The notes beneath the pieces were generated by a model, which had not been told where the DNA came from, ran no database searches, and worked only from the letters and a program-made list of their open reading frames with translations. A DNA stretch of 64,000 nucleotides from Liolophura sinensis (taxonomy: Eukaryota): assembly GCF_032854445.1 (NCBI RefSeq), contig NC_088295.1:32082510-32146509 (forward strand). Direction: 5' to 3'. The position numbers and the translations under genes were made by a program. Each line of letters opens with the position of its first letter. The stretch's first letter is position 1. Below, piece after piece: positions 37,776 through 50,000 of this stretch.

Positions 37776-38091
37776 GTAGGAACACACCTGTGACTCTGCT
37801 GGGATTTTTCCCGAAATTTCATGTCTTTGGCATGATACTTGAGTTACGGCATGGGTTCCCCCTGCCACAAGAAACACAGTATATGTACACACACGTAATG
37901 ACTCCTCATTGCCATATGACTGAAAAATTGTTAAGTATGACGTTAAACCCCAAGCATACATACATATGTACATATATCCATTCATTCATTCATTCATTCA
38001 TTAATTCATTTGTATGATGATCACTTTGTCATGAATTCAGGATGATATTTTCTTTCATGTAATAATATTTGGCCTTTCTCCTTCACTGTAG

Positions 38092-38190
38092 GATGAGGCC
38101 AAAAGTGTGACGTCAGATGCTCAAATGGAGGAGCTTATTCAGGCAGAAGATGTGGATGATCTGTCCTACATAGGGTGGGAAAGATCTCCG
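38092..38190 (+). CDS. PARP4: PARP4-like exon 26
   Basis: DEAKSVTSDAQMEELIQAEDVDDLSYIGWERSP, compare human SPFPDIPKVSELIAKEDVDFLPYMSWQGEPQ. Confidence 0.75.
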
Positions 38191-38329
38191 GTAATTACTG
38201 TATCTGAGCAGTATCAAATGCACATAGCTAATACACATTACACATTACAGAACCAATGTGAACATCATATATATGTAAAATATCTGATGTGTAGCACACA
38301 GGTTCAGCCTCATGGTGGAAGGGGCAGTG

Positions 38330-38880
38330 CAAGTCAGGTGTAGTTCAGTTGTATGGGGAATTAGGGGTGGGGGTGTCAATGTAATTCAGGTGTTGTTAAG
38401 TCATATGGGGGATTGGTGGAGGGGGGGAGGCAATGTAAGTGAGGTGTAGTTCAGTTGTATGGGGGATTAGGGGTGGAGGTGTCAATGTAAGTGAGGTGTT
38501 GTTAAGTTGTATTGGGGATTGGTGGAAGGGGCAGTGCAAGTCAGGTGTAGTTCAGTTGTATGGGGAATTAGGGGTGGGGGTGTCAATGTAATTCAGGTGT
38601 TGTTAAGTCATATGGGGGATTGCTGGAGGGTGGGAGGCAATGTAAGTGAGGTGTAGTTCAGTTGTATTGGTGATTGGAGGGTCAGTGTACGTCAGGTTTA
38701 GTTAAGTTATTTGGGGGATTGGTGGGGAAGGGGACAATATAAGTCAGGTGTACTTCAGTTGTATGGTTGATTAGGGGTGGGGGGGGGGGGGCTCAGTTTA
38801 AGTCAGGTGTAGTTATGTTGTATAGTGGATTGAGGAGGGGAGAGCAATGTCAGTTAGGTGTAGTTAAGTTATATATGTAG
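38330..38880. repeat. G-rich minisatellite, ~60-bp unit, in intron 26
   Basis: 'caggtgtagttcagttgtatggggaattaggggtgggggtgtcaatgtaa(t/g)t' reiterated; G-runs gggggg, gggggggggggg. Confidence 0.9.
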
Positions 38881-39174
38881 GTTGGAGAAGGGTATAATGG
38901 CCTGTATCACACCCACGGCATGTTAAGGTGGCCACCCACAAGTTGTACATTACCACAAGCTGCATTATACAGGGTGTCTACCACCCTGCGACTCAGCTTG
39001 TTTCAAGGTAAAGCTCAGACTGCAGTGAAGGTGTTCATTTTGCTTGATTCTGAGGGTACTGTTGATCTTAAAAACGTCTTGAGATGCTGTTCTACAGTGA
39101 AATAGTGTAGATTCAACACTTTCCAGTCGTCAAGACAAACAGTGGGCAGGTTCAAACCCAGCCTTAGTCAAAGA

Positions 39175-39675
39175 ATATGTAGATTCCAGGTTAGGCAGGG
39201 TTGTTTGTCAGTTACCTGTACATGTGCCAGATTAGGCATGGTTGTTTGTTAGGTTGCAGGGGAGGCAGGGTTGTTTGTCAGGTACATGTACCAGGTGAGG
39301 TATAGTTGTGTGTCACGTACCAGGTGAGGTGTGGTGGTTTGTCAGGCTCATGTACCAGGTGAGGTATAGTTGTGTGTCATGTACCAGGTGAGGTGTGGTG
39401 GTTTGTCAGGCTCATGTACCGGGTGAGGTATAGTTGTGTGTCAAGTACCAGGTGAGGTGTGGTGGTTTGTCAGGTACATGTACCAGGTGAGGTATAGTTG
39501 TGTGTCAAGTACCAGGTGAGGTGTGGTGGTTTGTCAGGTACATGCACCAGGTGAGGTATAGTTGTGTGTCAAGTACCAGGTGAGGTGTGGTGGTTTGTCA
39601 GGCTCATGTACCAGGTGAGGTATAGTTGTGTGTCAAGTACCAGGTGAGGTGTGGTGGTTTGTCAGGCTCATGTAC
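39175..39675. repeat. Minisatellite, ~62-bp unit x ~8
   Basis: 'caggtgaggtatagttgtgtgtcaagtaccaggtgaggtgtggtggtttgtcaggctcatgtac' reiterated. Confidence 0.9.
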
Positions 39676-39910
39676 AAGTCTGATGATTTCAGTCAGCTTC
39701 AAACCAGTGTTCCTCCAGCCACAAAGCCTAACCACATTCAGATAAGTAAAATACTTATGAGTCAAAGTCTAAAGAATAATATTGGTTAGACATACTGTAT
39801 GTATATTTGTTCAGGCATGTTTCTAGGGTGACAGGTTTCAGTTTTGTCAATAAAAGTGATTTTCTTTGAACTTCGTTTATTAATGAGAGTGTGTTCTATT
39901 ATGTTTGCAG

Positions 39911-39971
39911 CTGGCTTTAGATGTGGCCGAAGACCAAGATATTTTGTCCGTGACTCAGGAGGCACTTTTTG
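39911..39971 (+). CDS. PARP4: Candidate PARP4-like exon 27
   Basis: LALDVAEDQDILSVTQEALF; tgtttgcag| acceptor, tttg|gtaaga donor, phase-consistent with exon 26. Similarity to the low-complexity human region is weak. Confidence 0.35.
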
Positions 39972-40729
39972 GTAAGATGATCATTATAGATGCTCACTGA
40001 CCATGTACACTGTTTTTGCCATGTTGTAGCATCTTGCATAGCTTCACCTGTACCTTCCATCATTTGTGTTATATATTTTAATATTTAATTGTTTAATTTT
40101 CATTGGTATTTAAATAAACCTTCAGGGTTTTATATCGCTGTACGTGCCCTTCAGTATTATTGTCGTACTCAAATAAACTTAAATCTCTCTTGCAGACAAT
40201 GCTGTCCACCAAAATTAGTGTTGTTGTTGATTCAGTATCATTTCCTGGGTATTTTGGAGAGGAATGTTGTCTCATAGCCAGAGATAATTTCACATTATTT
40301 CTTGTCCTTACCATTTTTCTTTACATGCGGAACAACTCTTAAGATTTGTGTATTGTAGATCAACCAGATTAGGGGTTTTATTTTCATGATGAGGTTATTA
40401 TTCTGACAAAATTGTATCTTTTTAGACAAGTTATATGATTTTCCCTATTCACATGCACCACCTACATTGTCACTGCTAATGGAAATTTTGTGTTGGGTCA
40501 CATCGTTTTAATTATGTAAGATTTAATGCTGATACTCAAGTGTTTCCATGTGTTTATCCAAATAAGAAATATTTTAACAGATATATGTATTGCTTGGAGA
40601 TGTGCATTAGTTTTCTTTGTGCTCATCATAGTTTTCTCAAACCATAAATGAAAATTTCATGTTATCATTTGTGTTAGCTATAACTTGAACTGTAGTTATC
40701 TTGTATGCTTTTTTTGATGTTTGAATCAG

Positions 40730-40811
40730 ATGCTGAAGTAATGTTGGACAGTTTAAGTGAAGATGAACACAAGCAGAGTTCTGTCCCTGTGCAGCAGCTC
40801 AGAGATGTTAT
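40730..40811 (+). CDS. PARP4: Candidate PARP4-like exon 28 (acidic)
   Basis: (D)AEVMLDSLSEDEHKQSSVPVQQLRDV; ttgaatcag| acceptor, at|gtgagt donor; phase fits exon 27. No strong homology. Confidence 0.2.
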
Positions 40812-41384
40812 GTGAGTTGCTACCAAATTTGGTCAAAATACCTGTTTCATTGCACAGTTATATTCTTATAAACATTGCCTTCTGTCTCACAAATTTGAAG
40901 TTGAAATGCTAAGTTTTCAATTTTTGCATTGAATAAAAGTTTATGGTAGCTTTTTTGTGAAAATAAACGATCTTTTACATTTGAATGAATCAGGGCCACT
41001 GTAACAACATGATGGTCCAAAATTAGGTGGAGCCAAAACAAATAATATTTATTATTTTATACTCACTAAACTTAAAACTTTTCACGCATGCTTGATTACT
41101 GTATCCTGTGAATGGTAAATTGACTGTTCCAATGTCTTCTTGCAGGTGTGTACGTTCAGAAGCGGCAAGTGCCGTAGTGATGGGTAAGTGGATATCAGTA
41201 ATGTCAGTTGAAATTTTAGGAGGCACTGGCAGACTTGTACACTGTATTAGAGTGAAGATTGTTAGTTTACTTTGCCTCACTCCAGGCTGTTATCTTCCAA
41301 TCAATGATGTAACGAATATTAATCTAGATCTTGCTGTTTCAGTTGCAGCCTTATACACAAAGAGCTTTGTTCACCAACTACATG

Positions 41385-42560
41385 AATCAGTGTGTGGTGT
41401 CTTGGTTAGCACCTACATGTATCAGTGTGTGGTGTCTTGGTCAGCACCTACATGTATCAGTGTGTGGTGTCTTGGTCAGCACCTACATGTATCAGTGTGT
41501 GGTGTCTTGGTCAGCACCTACATGTATCAGTGTGTGGTGCCTTGGTCAGCACCTACATGTATCAGTGTGTGGTGTGTTGGTCAGCACCTACATGTATCAG
41601 TGTGTGGTGTGTTGGTCATCACCTACATGTATCAGTGTGTGGTGTGTTGGTCAGCACCTACATGTATCAGTGTGTGGTGTGTTGGTCATCACCTACATGT
41701 ATCAGTGTGTGGTGTGTTGGTCAGCACCTACATGTATCAGTGTGTGGTGTGTTGGTCATCACCTACATGTATCAGTGTGTGATGTCTAGGTCAGCACCTA
41801 CATTTACATGTATCAGTGTGTGGTGTCTTGGTCAGCACCTACATATATCAGTGTGTGGTATCTTGGTCATCACCTACATGTATCAGTGTGTGGTGTGTTG
41901 GTCAGCACCTACATATATCAGTGTGTGGTGTGTTGGTCAGCACCTACATGTATCAGTGTGTGGTGTCTTGGTCAGCACCTACATGTATCAGTGTGTGATG
42001 TCTAGGTCAGCACCTACATTTACATGTATCAGTGTGGGGTGTGTTGGTCAGCACCTACATGTATCAGTGTGTGATGTCTAGGTCAGCACCTACATTTACA
42101 TGTATCAGTGTGTGTTGTCTTGGTCAGCACATACATTTACATGTATCAGTGTGTGATGCCTTGGTCAACACCTACTTGTATCAGTTTTTATGTATTTATT
42201 TGATTAGTGTTTTATGCTGTACTCAAGAATATTTGACTTATACGATGGTGGCCTGCATTATGATGAGAGAAAAACCCCCAGAGCCCAGGGGAAACCTGCA
42301 GGTTGCTGACAGACCTTCCCACGTAGACTTGTATCAGTGTGTGATGTCTTGGTCAGCACCTACATGTATGGTTGGGTGGTGTCTTGGTCAGCACCTACAT
42401 GTATCAGTGTACGATGTCTAGGTCAGCACCTACATGTATCTGTACAATGTCTTGGTCAGGACCTACATGTACATGTATCAGTGTGTGATGTCTAGGTCAG
42501 CACCTACATATATCATTGTGTGATGTCTTGGTCAGCACCTACATATATCAGTGTGTGATG
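41385..42560. repeat. Minisatellite, 35-bp unit x ~30, interrupted by a SINE fragment
   Basis: 'cacctacatgtatcagtgtgtggtgtcttggtcag' reiterated; produces spurious 150-220 aa ORFs. Confidence 0.95.
42193..42320 (-). mobile_element. SINE fragment inserted in the 35-bp array
   Basis: 'tatttatttgattagtgttttatgctgtactcaagaatatttgacttatacgatggtggcctgcattatgatgagag...' is the reverse complement of the SINE tail and core. Confidence 0.6.
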
Positions 42561-42954
42561 TCTAGGTCACCACCTACATGCACATGTGTCTATTTGTACC
42601 GTGCCCAAATCCTTGTGAGGATCTGTGATAATAAGTGATTGACAACATTGTTTGTGCAGTCTAATGTTCTCTGATGACCACTTGTCTTCCACCAACATGG
42701 TATGTGTCAGTTACTTGCCAAAGGTTGATGGTCTACCCAGGCATTCCAGTTCCGTCCACAAAATTTAACTATTTCATATATGATATGGGTAGAACATGAC
42801 CTGGACTTGTCAAAGTTTGTTTGTAAGCATATCACCATGAATGACTAAGTGATTAGTTAAGTGAATAGGAGACCACATTTATGAATTTAAGTATTTTCAT
42901 GTTTAAAAGAAGTTAAAACTATCATTTTTTTCTAATTAGTAAGTGAAAGTTAAA

Positions 42955-45215
42955 ATATGGTGACACATCACATGTATGAACTTGTATTCATATGTGTTAT
43001 ATACGAGACCTGTGCGAAACCTTCATAGCTAATGTATTCTTCTGTCATGTCTGTACACCATATTCTCTTGTTCTACCTTCACATCCTGTGTGCCACATTG
43101 TATGAACTTGTATTTATATGTGTTATATACGAGACCTGTGCGAAACCTTCATAGATAATGTATTCTTCTGTCATGTCTGTACACCATATTCTCTTGTTTT
43201 ACCTTCACGTGCTGTGTGCCAGATTGTATGAACTTGTATTCATATATGTTATGTACGAGACCTGTGCAAAACCTTCATAGATAATGTATTCTTCTGTCAT
43301 GTCTGTACACCATATTCTCTTGTTCTACCTTCACATGCTGTGTGCCAGATTGTATGAGCTTGTATTCATATGTGTTATGTATGAGACCTGTGCGAAACCT
43401 TCAGAGATAATGTATTCTTCTGTCATGTATGTACACCATATTCTCTTGTCCTACCTTCACATGCTGTTTGCCAGGTTGTATGAGCTTGTATTCATATGTG
43501 TTATGTATGAGACCTGTGCGAAACCTTCAGAGATAATGCATTCTTCTGTCATGTATGTACACCATATTCTCTTGTCCTACCTTCACATGCTGTGTGCCAG
43601 GTTGTATGAGCTTGTATTCATATGTGTTATGTATGAGACCTGTGCGAAACCTTCAGAGATAATGTATTCTTCTGTCATGTATGTACACCATATTCTCTTG
43701 TTCTACCTTCACGTGCTGTGTGCCAGATTGTATGAACTTGTATTCATATGTGTTATGTATGAGACCTGTGCGAAACCTTCAGAGATAATGTATTCTTCTG
43801 TCATGTATGTACACCATATTCTCTTGTTCTACCTTCACATGCTGTGTGCCAGGTTGTATGCACTTATATTTATATAGTATGTCAGATTGCATGGACTTGT
43901 ATTTGAATGTGTTATGTAGATGGCATATTCTCTTGTTCATGCATCACATGCTGTATGCCAGATTGCATTTACATGTATTTGTATGCGTTATATAAGCTGT
44001 GAGAACTGTACATGTAGGAAACTCACAGATGATGTAATTGTTCATTTAATTGTTCTAGATTACAGATTGGGAGGAGCTGGTGATGGAGATGACAAAGGTA
44101 ACTCATCGTCATCAAGTGAGGATGAGGACTACGCTCCAATACCTGATATATATAGTGAAGGTGACATTCTACATTACATGTTCTGCCATTCCTCTATGCC
44201 TCTAGATGAGATAAATATAATTATGTGTATGCATGGGCTCTTTCACTCATGGACAGGCCTAAGTCCAGCAAATAAGTTTAAACAATGGACAGGAATGACA
44301 ATTCTGCAAACACAGCATTTATTTTATTTTCCATCAAAAGTTTGACAATTATGTTCAAGCCTGCTGGCCTTCATCCTGAGAAACATTTTGTCAGTGACGA
44401 GACAGACAGTAGCAGCTAGCTATGTCGTCATCCTCCTGATATATAGACAGTGTACGGGACATAGTGGCCAGCTATGTTGGTGACATCCTCCTGATGTATA
44501 GACAGTGTACGTGACATAGCGGCCAACTATGTTCTTAGCATCCTCCTGATATATAGACAGTGTAGGGGACATAGCGGCTAACTATGTTGTTGGCATCCTC
44601 CTGATGTATAGACAGTGTATGGGACATAGAGGCTAACTATGTTGTTGGCATCCTCCCGATGTATAGACAGTGTACGGGACATAGCGGCCAACTATGTTGT
44701 TGGCATCCTCCTGATGTGTAGACAGTGTACGGGACATAGTGGCTAACTATGTTGTTGGCATCCTCCTGATGTATAGACAGTGTACGGGACATAGAGGCTA
44801 ACTATGTTGTTGGCATCCTCCCGATGTATAGACAGTGTACGGGACATAGAGGTTAACTATGTTGTTGGCATCCTCCTGTGGTATAGACAGTGTACGGGAC
44901 ATAGAGGCCAACTATGTTGTTGGCATCCTCCTGATGTATAGACAGTGTACGGGACATAGAGGCTAACTATGTTGTTGGCATCCTCCCGATGTATAGACAG
45001 TGTACGGGACATACAGGCTAACTATGTTGTTGACATCCTCCTGATGTATAGACAGTGTACGGGACATAGCGGCCAACTATGTTGTTGGCATCCTCCTGAT
45101 GTATAGACAGTGTACGGGACATAGAGGCCAACTATGTTGTTGACATCCTCCTGATGTATAGACAGTGTACGGGACGTAGAGGCTAACTATGTTGTTGACA
45201 TCCTCCTGATGTATG
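42955..45215 (+). repeat. Segmental block copy 1: 123-bp array (42955-43870) + ~480-bp unique segment + 57-bp array (44395-45215)
   Basis: 123-bp unit 'gtattcatatgtgttatgtacgagacctgtgcgaaaccttcatagctaatgtattcttctgtcatgtctgtacaccatattctcttgttctaccttcacatgctgtgtgccagattgtatgaactt'. 57-bp unit 'ggacatagcggccaactatgttgttgacatcctcctgatgtatagacagtgtacg'. Confidence 0.9.
44059..44097 (+). CDS. PARP4: Candidate PARP4 C-terminal micro-exon (copy 1 of 3)
   Basis: ITDWEELVMEMTK between ttctag| and aag|gtaact, compare human PARP4 C-terminal AVPWTELLSLQTEDG. Identical or near-identical copies at 47895-47933 and 51255-51293. Confidence 0.25.
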
Positions 45216-45349
45216 TGTGGGGATCTGTGATAATAAGGGATTAACAGCATTGTTCGTGCAATCTAATATTCGCTGATGTATTCTTCTGTCATGTCTGTAC
45301 ACCATAATTCTCTTGTTCTACCTTCACATGCTGCGTGCCAGATTGTATG

Positions 45350-46980
45350 AACTTTTATCATATACCTATGCGTGTTACCCGCCTGATACAGAGCCCCCTG
45401 ATATTTTTTCGTATCACCATCCTCTGAACATTTTGCGCGCGCGAAACTACTTTTGCACCGAGTGACCTTTCCCTGGGAAAGCCCTGCGGTCCTTGACAGG
45501 GATTTCCATGCAGACCTGACCTACTTACACGAACATGCAACTTATTCTCCCTAAATTTAAGACCCAGAAAAACTAATAAAAATTTTTCTACACTGTCTAC
45601 ATGCCAACATTATGGGCAAAAAGGTTATAATCAAATATTTTCGTCATTTTATTGTGTCATCTGCTATGTGATTTTTGGTGTCAAATTACATTCCGCCACG
45701 CTGATAGCTGTCGATGTCAAACTATATGAAAGTCCGGTAGAGGCGTACAAAGTCTACAAGGACCACAGGCCACCAAAAATGTGAACAGCCGACAATCCAT
45801 TTTACCTCGGCATCGATTACAAAAGAAAAGTTTGCAGCAATGTATGGTACAAATGCCAACCAATGGGAGAGCACACCCTAAAATCAATTATGAAAACCAT
45901 GGCAAAACGATCGAACTTACCTGGCCATTTTACAAACCACAGTGCCCGCAAAACAACATGTAACCGTCTCCATCATGCTGGCGTAGCTCCCGCAACTATC
46001 ATGCAACTCACTGGTCACAAAAATATTGCAAGTATGAATAATTACGCTGTTTTTTTCTCATAGTATGCAGGAAAAGATGAGCCACATCATTTCAAATGCA
46101 CCAAATGTCACAAAGCCTTTCGCTGCGAGCGTAACTCTTTCTCCCCAACCCAGTACATCCACAAAAATTGATGCAGCTGTCCCATCATCTTCTACAGTAC
46201 AGAATGATCTGTTTGTTTCACAGAATTTCACACACAATGTAAACCATGCCACCAGAACATGTACAACTACCGGTATTTTCCAGGGTGCATCCTTTTCAAA
46301 TTGCACGTTCCACCTCAATTTCTGCCACGGATCAGCTGCTCATTAACTTTGTTGACAAACTCTTTCAAGAACTCACAGAGACTTCAGCAAATTTATAGAA
46401 CTTTCAGTCATCCACATGCAATTAAATCACTTCTTCACTTCTAAAATTGGTGGTTGACCTGATTTAGCGCACTTTACAGCTGCTATAATCAATTTCAAAA
46501 TGCCACTTGTCAGGTTTGAGATGATGTTTATATAAACGTTACAGTTCTTGCATTCAGATAGCATCTGTGTTTTTCGAAAAGCCAGCTATACTTACTTGAT
46601 GTTGTATAAATAATATTTCCACGGTTTTTTGAGTCTTTGTTTTATTTTATTTTCTTTATTTTCATATTTTTTTTTTTACCCAATGTTTGTGTCTTCAGCG
46701 GTGGTCAACTATTTTGAAATATGCTATATTTAGAACGAAATCCATGTGCGCGTCACAGTTTGTGAGCATTATGACGGCCTGTGCACTGCCAGACACTATA
46801 CCCTAAGCAAAGTAGTCTGAAGAAATATCTGCACTTTATGACCCCCAAAGTAGTGTCAATAGAAGGTATATGATAAGTAGATTATCATCACACTGTGCTG
46901 ATCTGCATCATCCTATCTGCTCTCGTTCTCTGCGGTTGCGTTGCCGTATCGACCGAGCCCTGTGGGCGACGATTCAGATC
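45350..46980 (+). mobile_element. 1.6-kb insertion, absent from the block 2/3 junction, carrying a Crypton/DUF3504-type tyrosine-recombinase remnant
   Basis: The connector 45205-45350 is identical to 50335-50480, which in copy 2 runs straight into the 123-bp array. Here 1.6 kb of unrelated, GC-richer sequence intervenes. Confidence 0.55.
45781..46063 (+). pseudogene. Tyrosine recombinase C-terminal domain (Crypton/DUF3504-like), frameshifted
   Basis: ORF 45863..46063 '...SNLPGHFTNHSARKTTCNRLHHAGVAPATIMQLTGHKNIASMNNYA' matches the YR/DUF3504 motif (TNHS.R.T..T.L...GV....I...TGH+S......Y). The upstream ORF 45781..45963 overlaps in another frame. Confidence 0.55.
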
Positions 46981-47000
46981 AGCACAGTGTGATGATAATC
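46880..47000. repeat. Perfect 26-bp inverted repeat (hairpin stem) with a 69-nt GC-rich loop, at the right boundary of the insertion
   Basis: 46880-46905 'gattatcatcacactgtgctgatctg' is the exact reverse complement of 46975-47000 'cagatcagcacagtgtgatgataatc'. Confidence 0.85.
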
Positions 47001-50000
47001 TCTGTATTCATATGTGTTATGTACGAGACCTGTGTGAAACCTTCATAGCTAATGTATTCTTCTGTCATGTCTGTGCACCATATTCTCTTGTTCTACCTTC
47101 ACATCCTGTGTGCCAGATTGTATGAACTTGTATTCATATGTGTTATGTACGAGACCTGTGCAAAACCTTCCGAGCTAATGTATTCTTCTGTCATGTCTGT
47201 ACACCATATTCTCTTGTTTTACCTTCACATGCTGTGTGCCAGATTGTATGAACTTGTATTCATATGTGTTATGTACGAGACTTGTGCAAAACCTTCATAG
47301 CTAATGTATTCTTCTGTCATGTCTGTACACCATATTCTCTTGTTCTACCTTCACATCCTGTGTGCCAGATTGTATGAAGTTGTATTCATATGTGTTATGT
47401 ACGAGACCTGTGCGAAACCTTCATAGCTAATGTATTCTTCTGTCATGTCTGTACACCATATTCTCTTGTTCTACCTTCACATGCTGTGTGCCAGATTGTA
47501 TGAAGTTGTATTCATATGTGTTATGTACGAGACCTGTGTGAAACCTTCATAGCTAATGTATTCTTCTGTCATGTCTGTACACCATATTCTCTTGTTCTAC
47601 CTTCACATGCTGTGTGCCAGATTGTATCAGCTTGTATTTATATAAGTTGCGTATCCAGTATCCTCCAGTATACTACCTTCATATGCAGTGTGTCAGGTTG
47701 CATGGACTTGTATTTGTATGTGTTATGTAGGAACTGTAGAAAACTTTTAAAGAAGATGGCATATTCTCTTGTTCATGCATCACATGCTGTATGCCAGATT
47801 GCATTTACATGTATTTGTATGCGTTATATAAGCTGTGAGAACTGTACATGTAGGAAACTCACAGATGATGTAATTGTTCATTTAATTGTTCTAGTTCACG
47901 GATGGGGAGGAGCTGGTGATGGAGATGACAAAGGTAACTCATCGTCATCAAGTGAGGATGAGGACTACGCTCCAATACCTGATATATATAGTGAAGGTGA
48001 CATTCTACATTACATGTTCTGCCATTCCTCTATGCCTCTATGGGCTCTCTCACTCATTGACAGGTCTAAGTCTAGCAAATAAGAAGTCTAAACAATGGAC
48101 AGGAATGACAATTCTGCAAACACAGCATTTATTTTATTTTCCATCAAAATTTTGACAATCATGTTCAAGCCTGCTGGCCTTCATCCTGAGCAACATGTTG
48201 TCAGTGACGAGACAGACAGTAGCAGCTAGCTATGTCGTTGTCATCCTCCTGATATATAGACAGTGTACGGGACATAGAGGCCAGCTATGTTGGTGACATC
48301 CTCCTGATGTATAGACAGTGTACGGGACATAGCGGCCAACTATGTTGTTGGCATCCTCCTGATATATAGACAGTGTAGGGGACATAGCGGCCAACTATGT
48401 TGTTGACATCCTCCTGATGTATAGACAGTGTACGGGAGGTAGAGGCTAACTATGTTGCTGACATCCTCCTGATGTATAGACAGTGTACGGGACATAGCGG
48501 CTAACTGTGTTGTTGACATCCTCCTGATGTATAGACAGTGTACGGGACATAGTGGCTAACTATGTTGTTGACATCCTCCTGATGTATAGACAGTGTACGG
48601 GACATAGCGGCTAACTATGTTGTTGACATCCTCCTGATGTATAGACAGTGTACGGGACATAGCGGCTAACTATGTTGTTGACATCCTCCTGATGTATAGA
48701 CAGTGTACGAGACATAGCGGCTAACTATGTTGTTGACATCCTCCTGATATATAGACAGTGTACGGGACATAGCGGCCAACTATGTTGTTGACATCCTCCT
48801 GATGTATAGACAGTGTACGGGAAATAGAGGCTATGTTGTTGACACCCCCACGATGTATAGACAGTGTACAGGACATAGTGGCCGGCTATGTTGTTGGCTT
48901 CCTCCTGATGTATAGACAGTGAATGGGACATAGAGGCCAACTATGTTGTTGACATCCTCCTGATGTATAGACAGTGTACGGTACGTAGAGGCTAACTATG
49001 TTGTTGGCATCCTCCTGATATATAGACAGTGTACGGGACATAGCGGCTAACTATGTTGTTGACATCCTCCTGATGTATAGACAGTATACGGGACATAGAG
49101 GCTAACTATGTTGTTGGCATCCTCCCAATGTATAGACAGTGTATGGGACATAGAGGCTAACTATGTTGTTGGCAGCCTCCTGATGTATAGACAGTGTACG
49201 GGACATAGCGGCTAACTATGTTGTTGACATCCTCCTGATGTATAGACAGTGTATGGGACATAGAGGCTAACTATGTTGTTGGCATCCTCCTGATATATGG
49301 ACAGTGTACGGGACATAGAGGCTAACTATGTTGTTGACATCCTCCTGATGTATAGACAGTGTGCAGGACATAGAGGCTAACTATGTTGTTGGCATCGTCC
49401 TGATGTATAGACAGTGTACGGGACATAGTGGCCGGCTATGTTGTTGACATCCTCCTGATGTATAGACAGTGTACGGGACATAGCGGCTAACTATGTTGTT
49501 GACATCCTCCTGATGTATAGACAGTGTATGGGACATAGAGGCTAACTGTTGTTGGCATCCTCCTGAGGTATAGACAATGTATGGGACATAGAGGCCAACT
49601 ATGTTGTTGGCATCCTCATGATATATAGACAGTGTACGGGACATAGCGGCTAACTATGTTGTTGACATCCTCCTGATGTATAGACAGTGTACGGGACATA
49701 GCGGCTAACTATGTTGTTGACATCCTCCTGATGTATAGACAGTGTACGGGACATAGTGGCCGGCTATGTTGTTGACATCCTCCTGATGTATAGACAGTGT
49801 ACGGGACATAGCGGCTAACTATGTTGTTGACATCCTCCTGATATATAGACAGTGTACGGGACATAGAGGCTAACTATGTTGTTGACATCCTCCTGATGTA
49901 TAGACAGTGTACGGGACATAGTGGCCGGCTATGTTGTTGACATCCTCCTGATGTATAGACAGTGTACGGGACATAGCGGCTAACTATGTTGTTGACATCC

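Noticed and set aside
40160-40342. ORF tested as the next PARP4 exon after 39971
   Set aside because: With the 1-nt carry from exon 27 the only acceptor (ttgcag|) gives an immediate TAG; there is no homology.
41108-42421. 150-224-aa cysteine/valine-rich ORFs (…CGVLVSTYMYQCVVSWSAPTCISVW…)
   Set aside because: Frame-preserving translation of the 35-bp minisatellite; several overlapping frames are all open.
43284-43877. 197-aa ORF, with similar ORFs at 47052-47300
   Set aside because: Translation of the 123-bp (41-codon) tandem array; periodic and non-unique.
43920-44345. 141-aa ORF (with paralogues at 47516-48082 and 50966-51544) containing an acidic/Ser stretch DDKGNSSSSSEDEDYAPIPDIY
   Set aside because: It lies in the unique part of the triplicated block but in a different frame from the splice-flanked micro-exon. 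It lacks an acceptor/donor pair and begins in satellite sequence, so it was kept only as a note.
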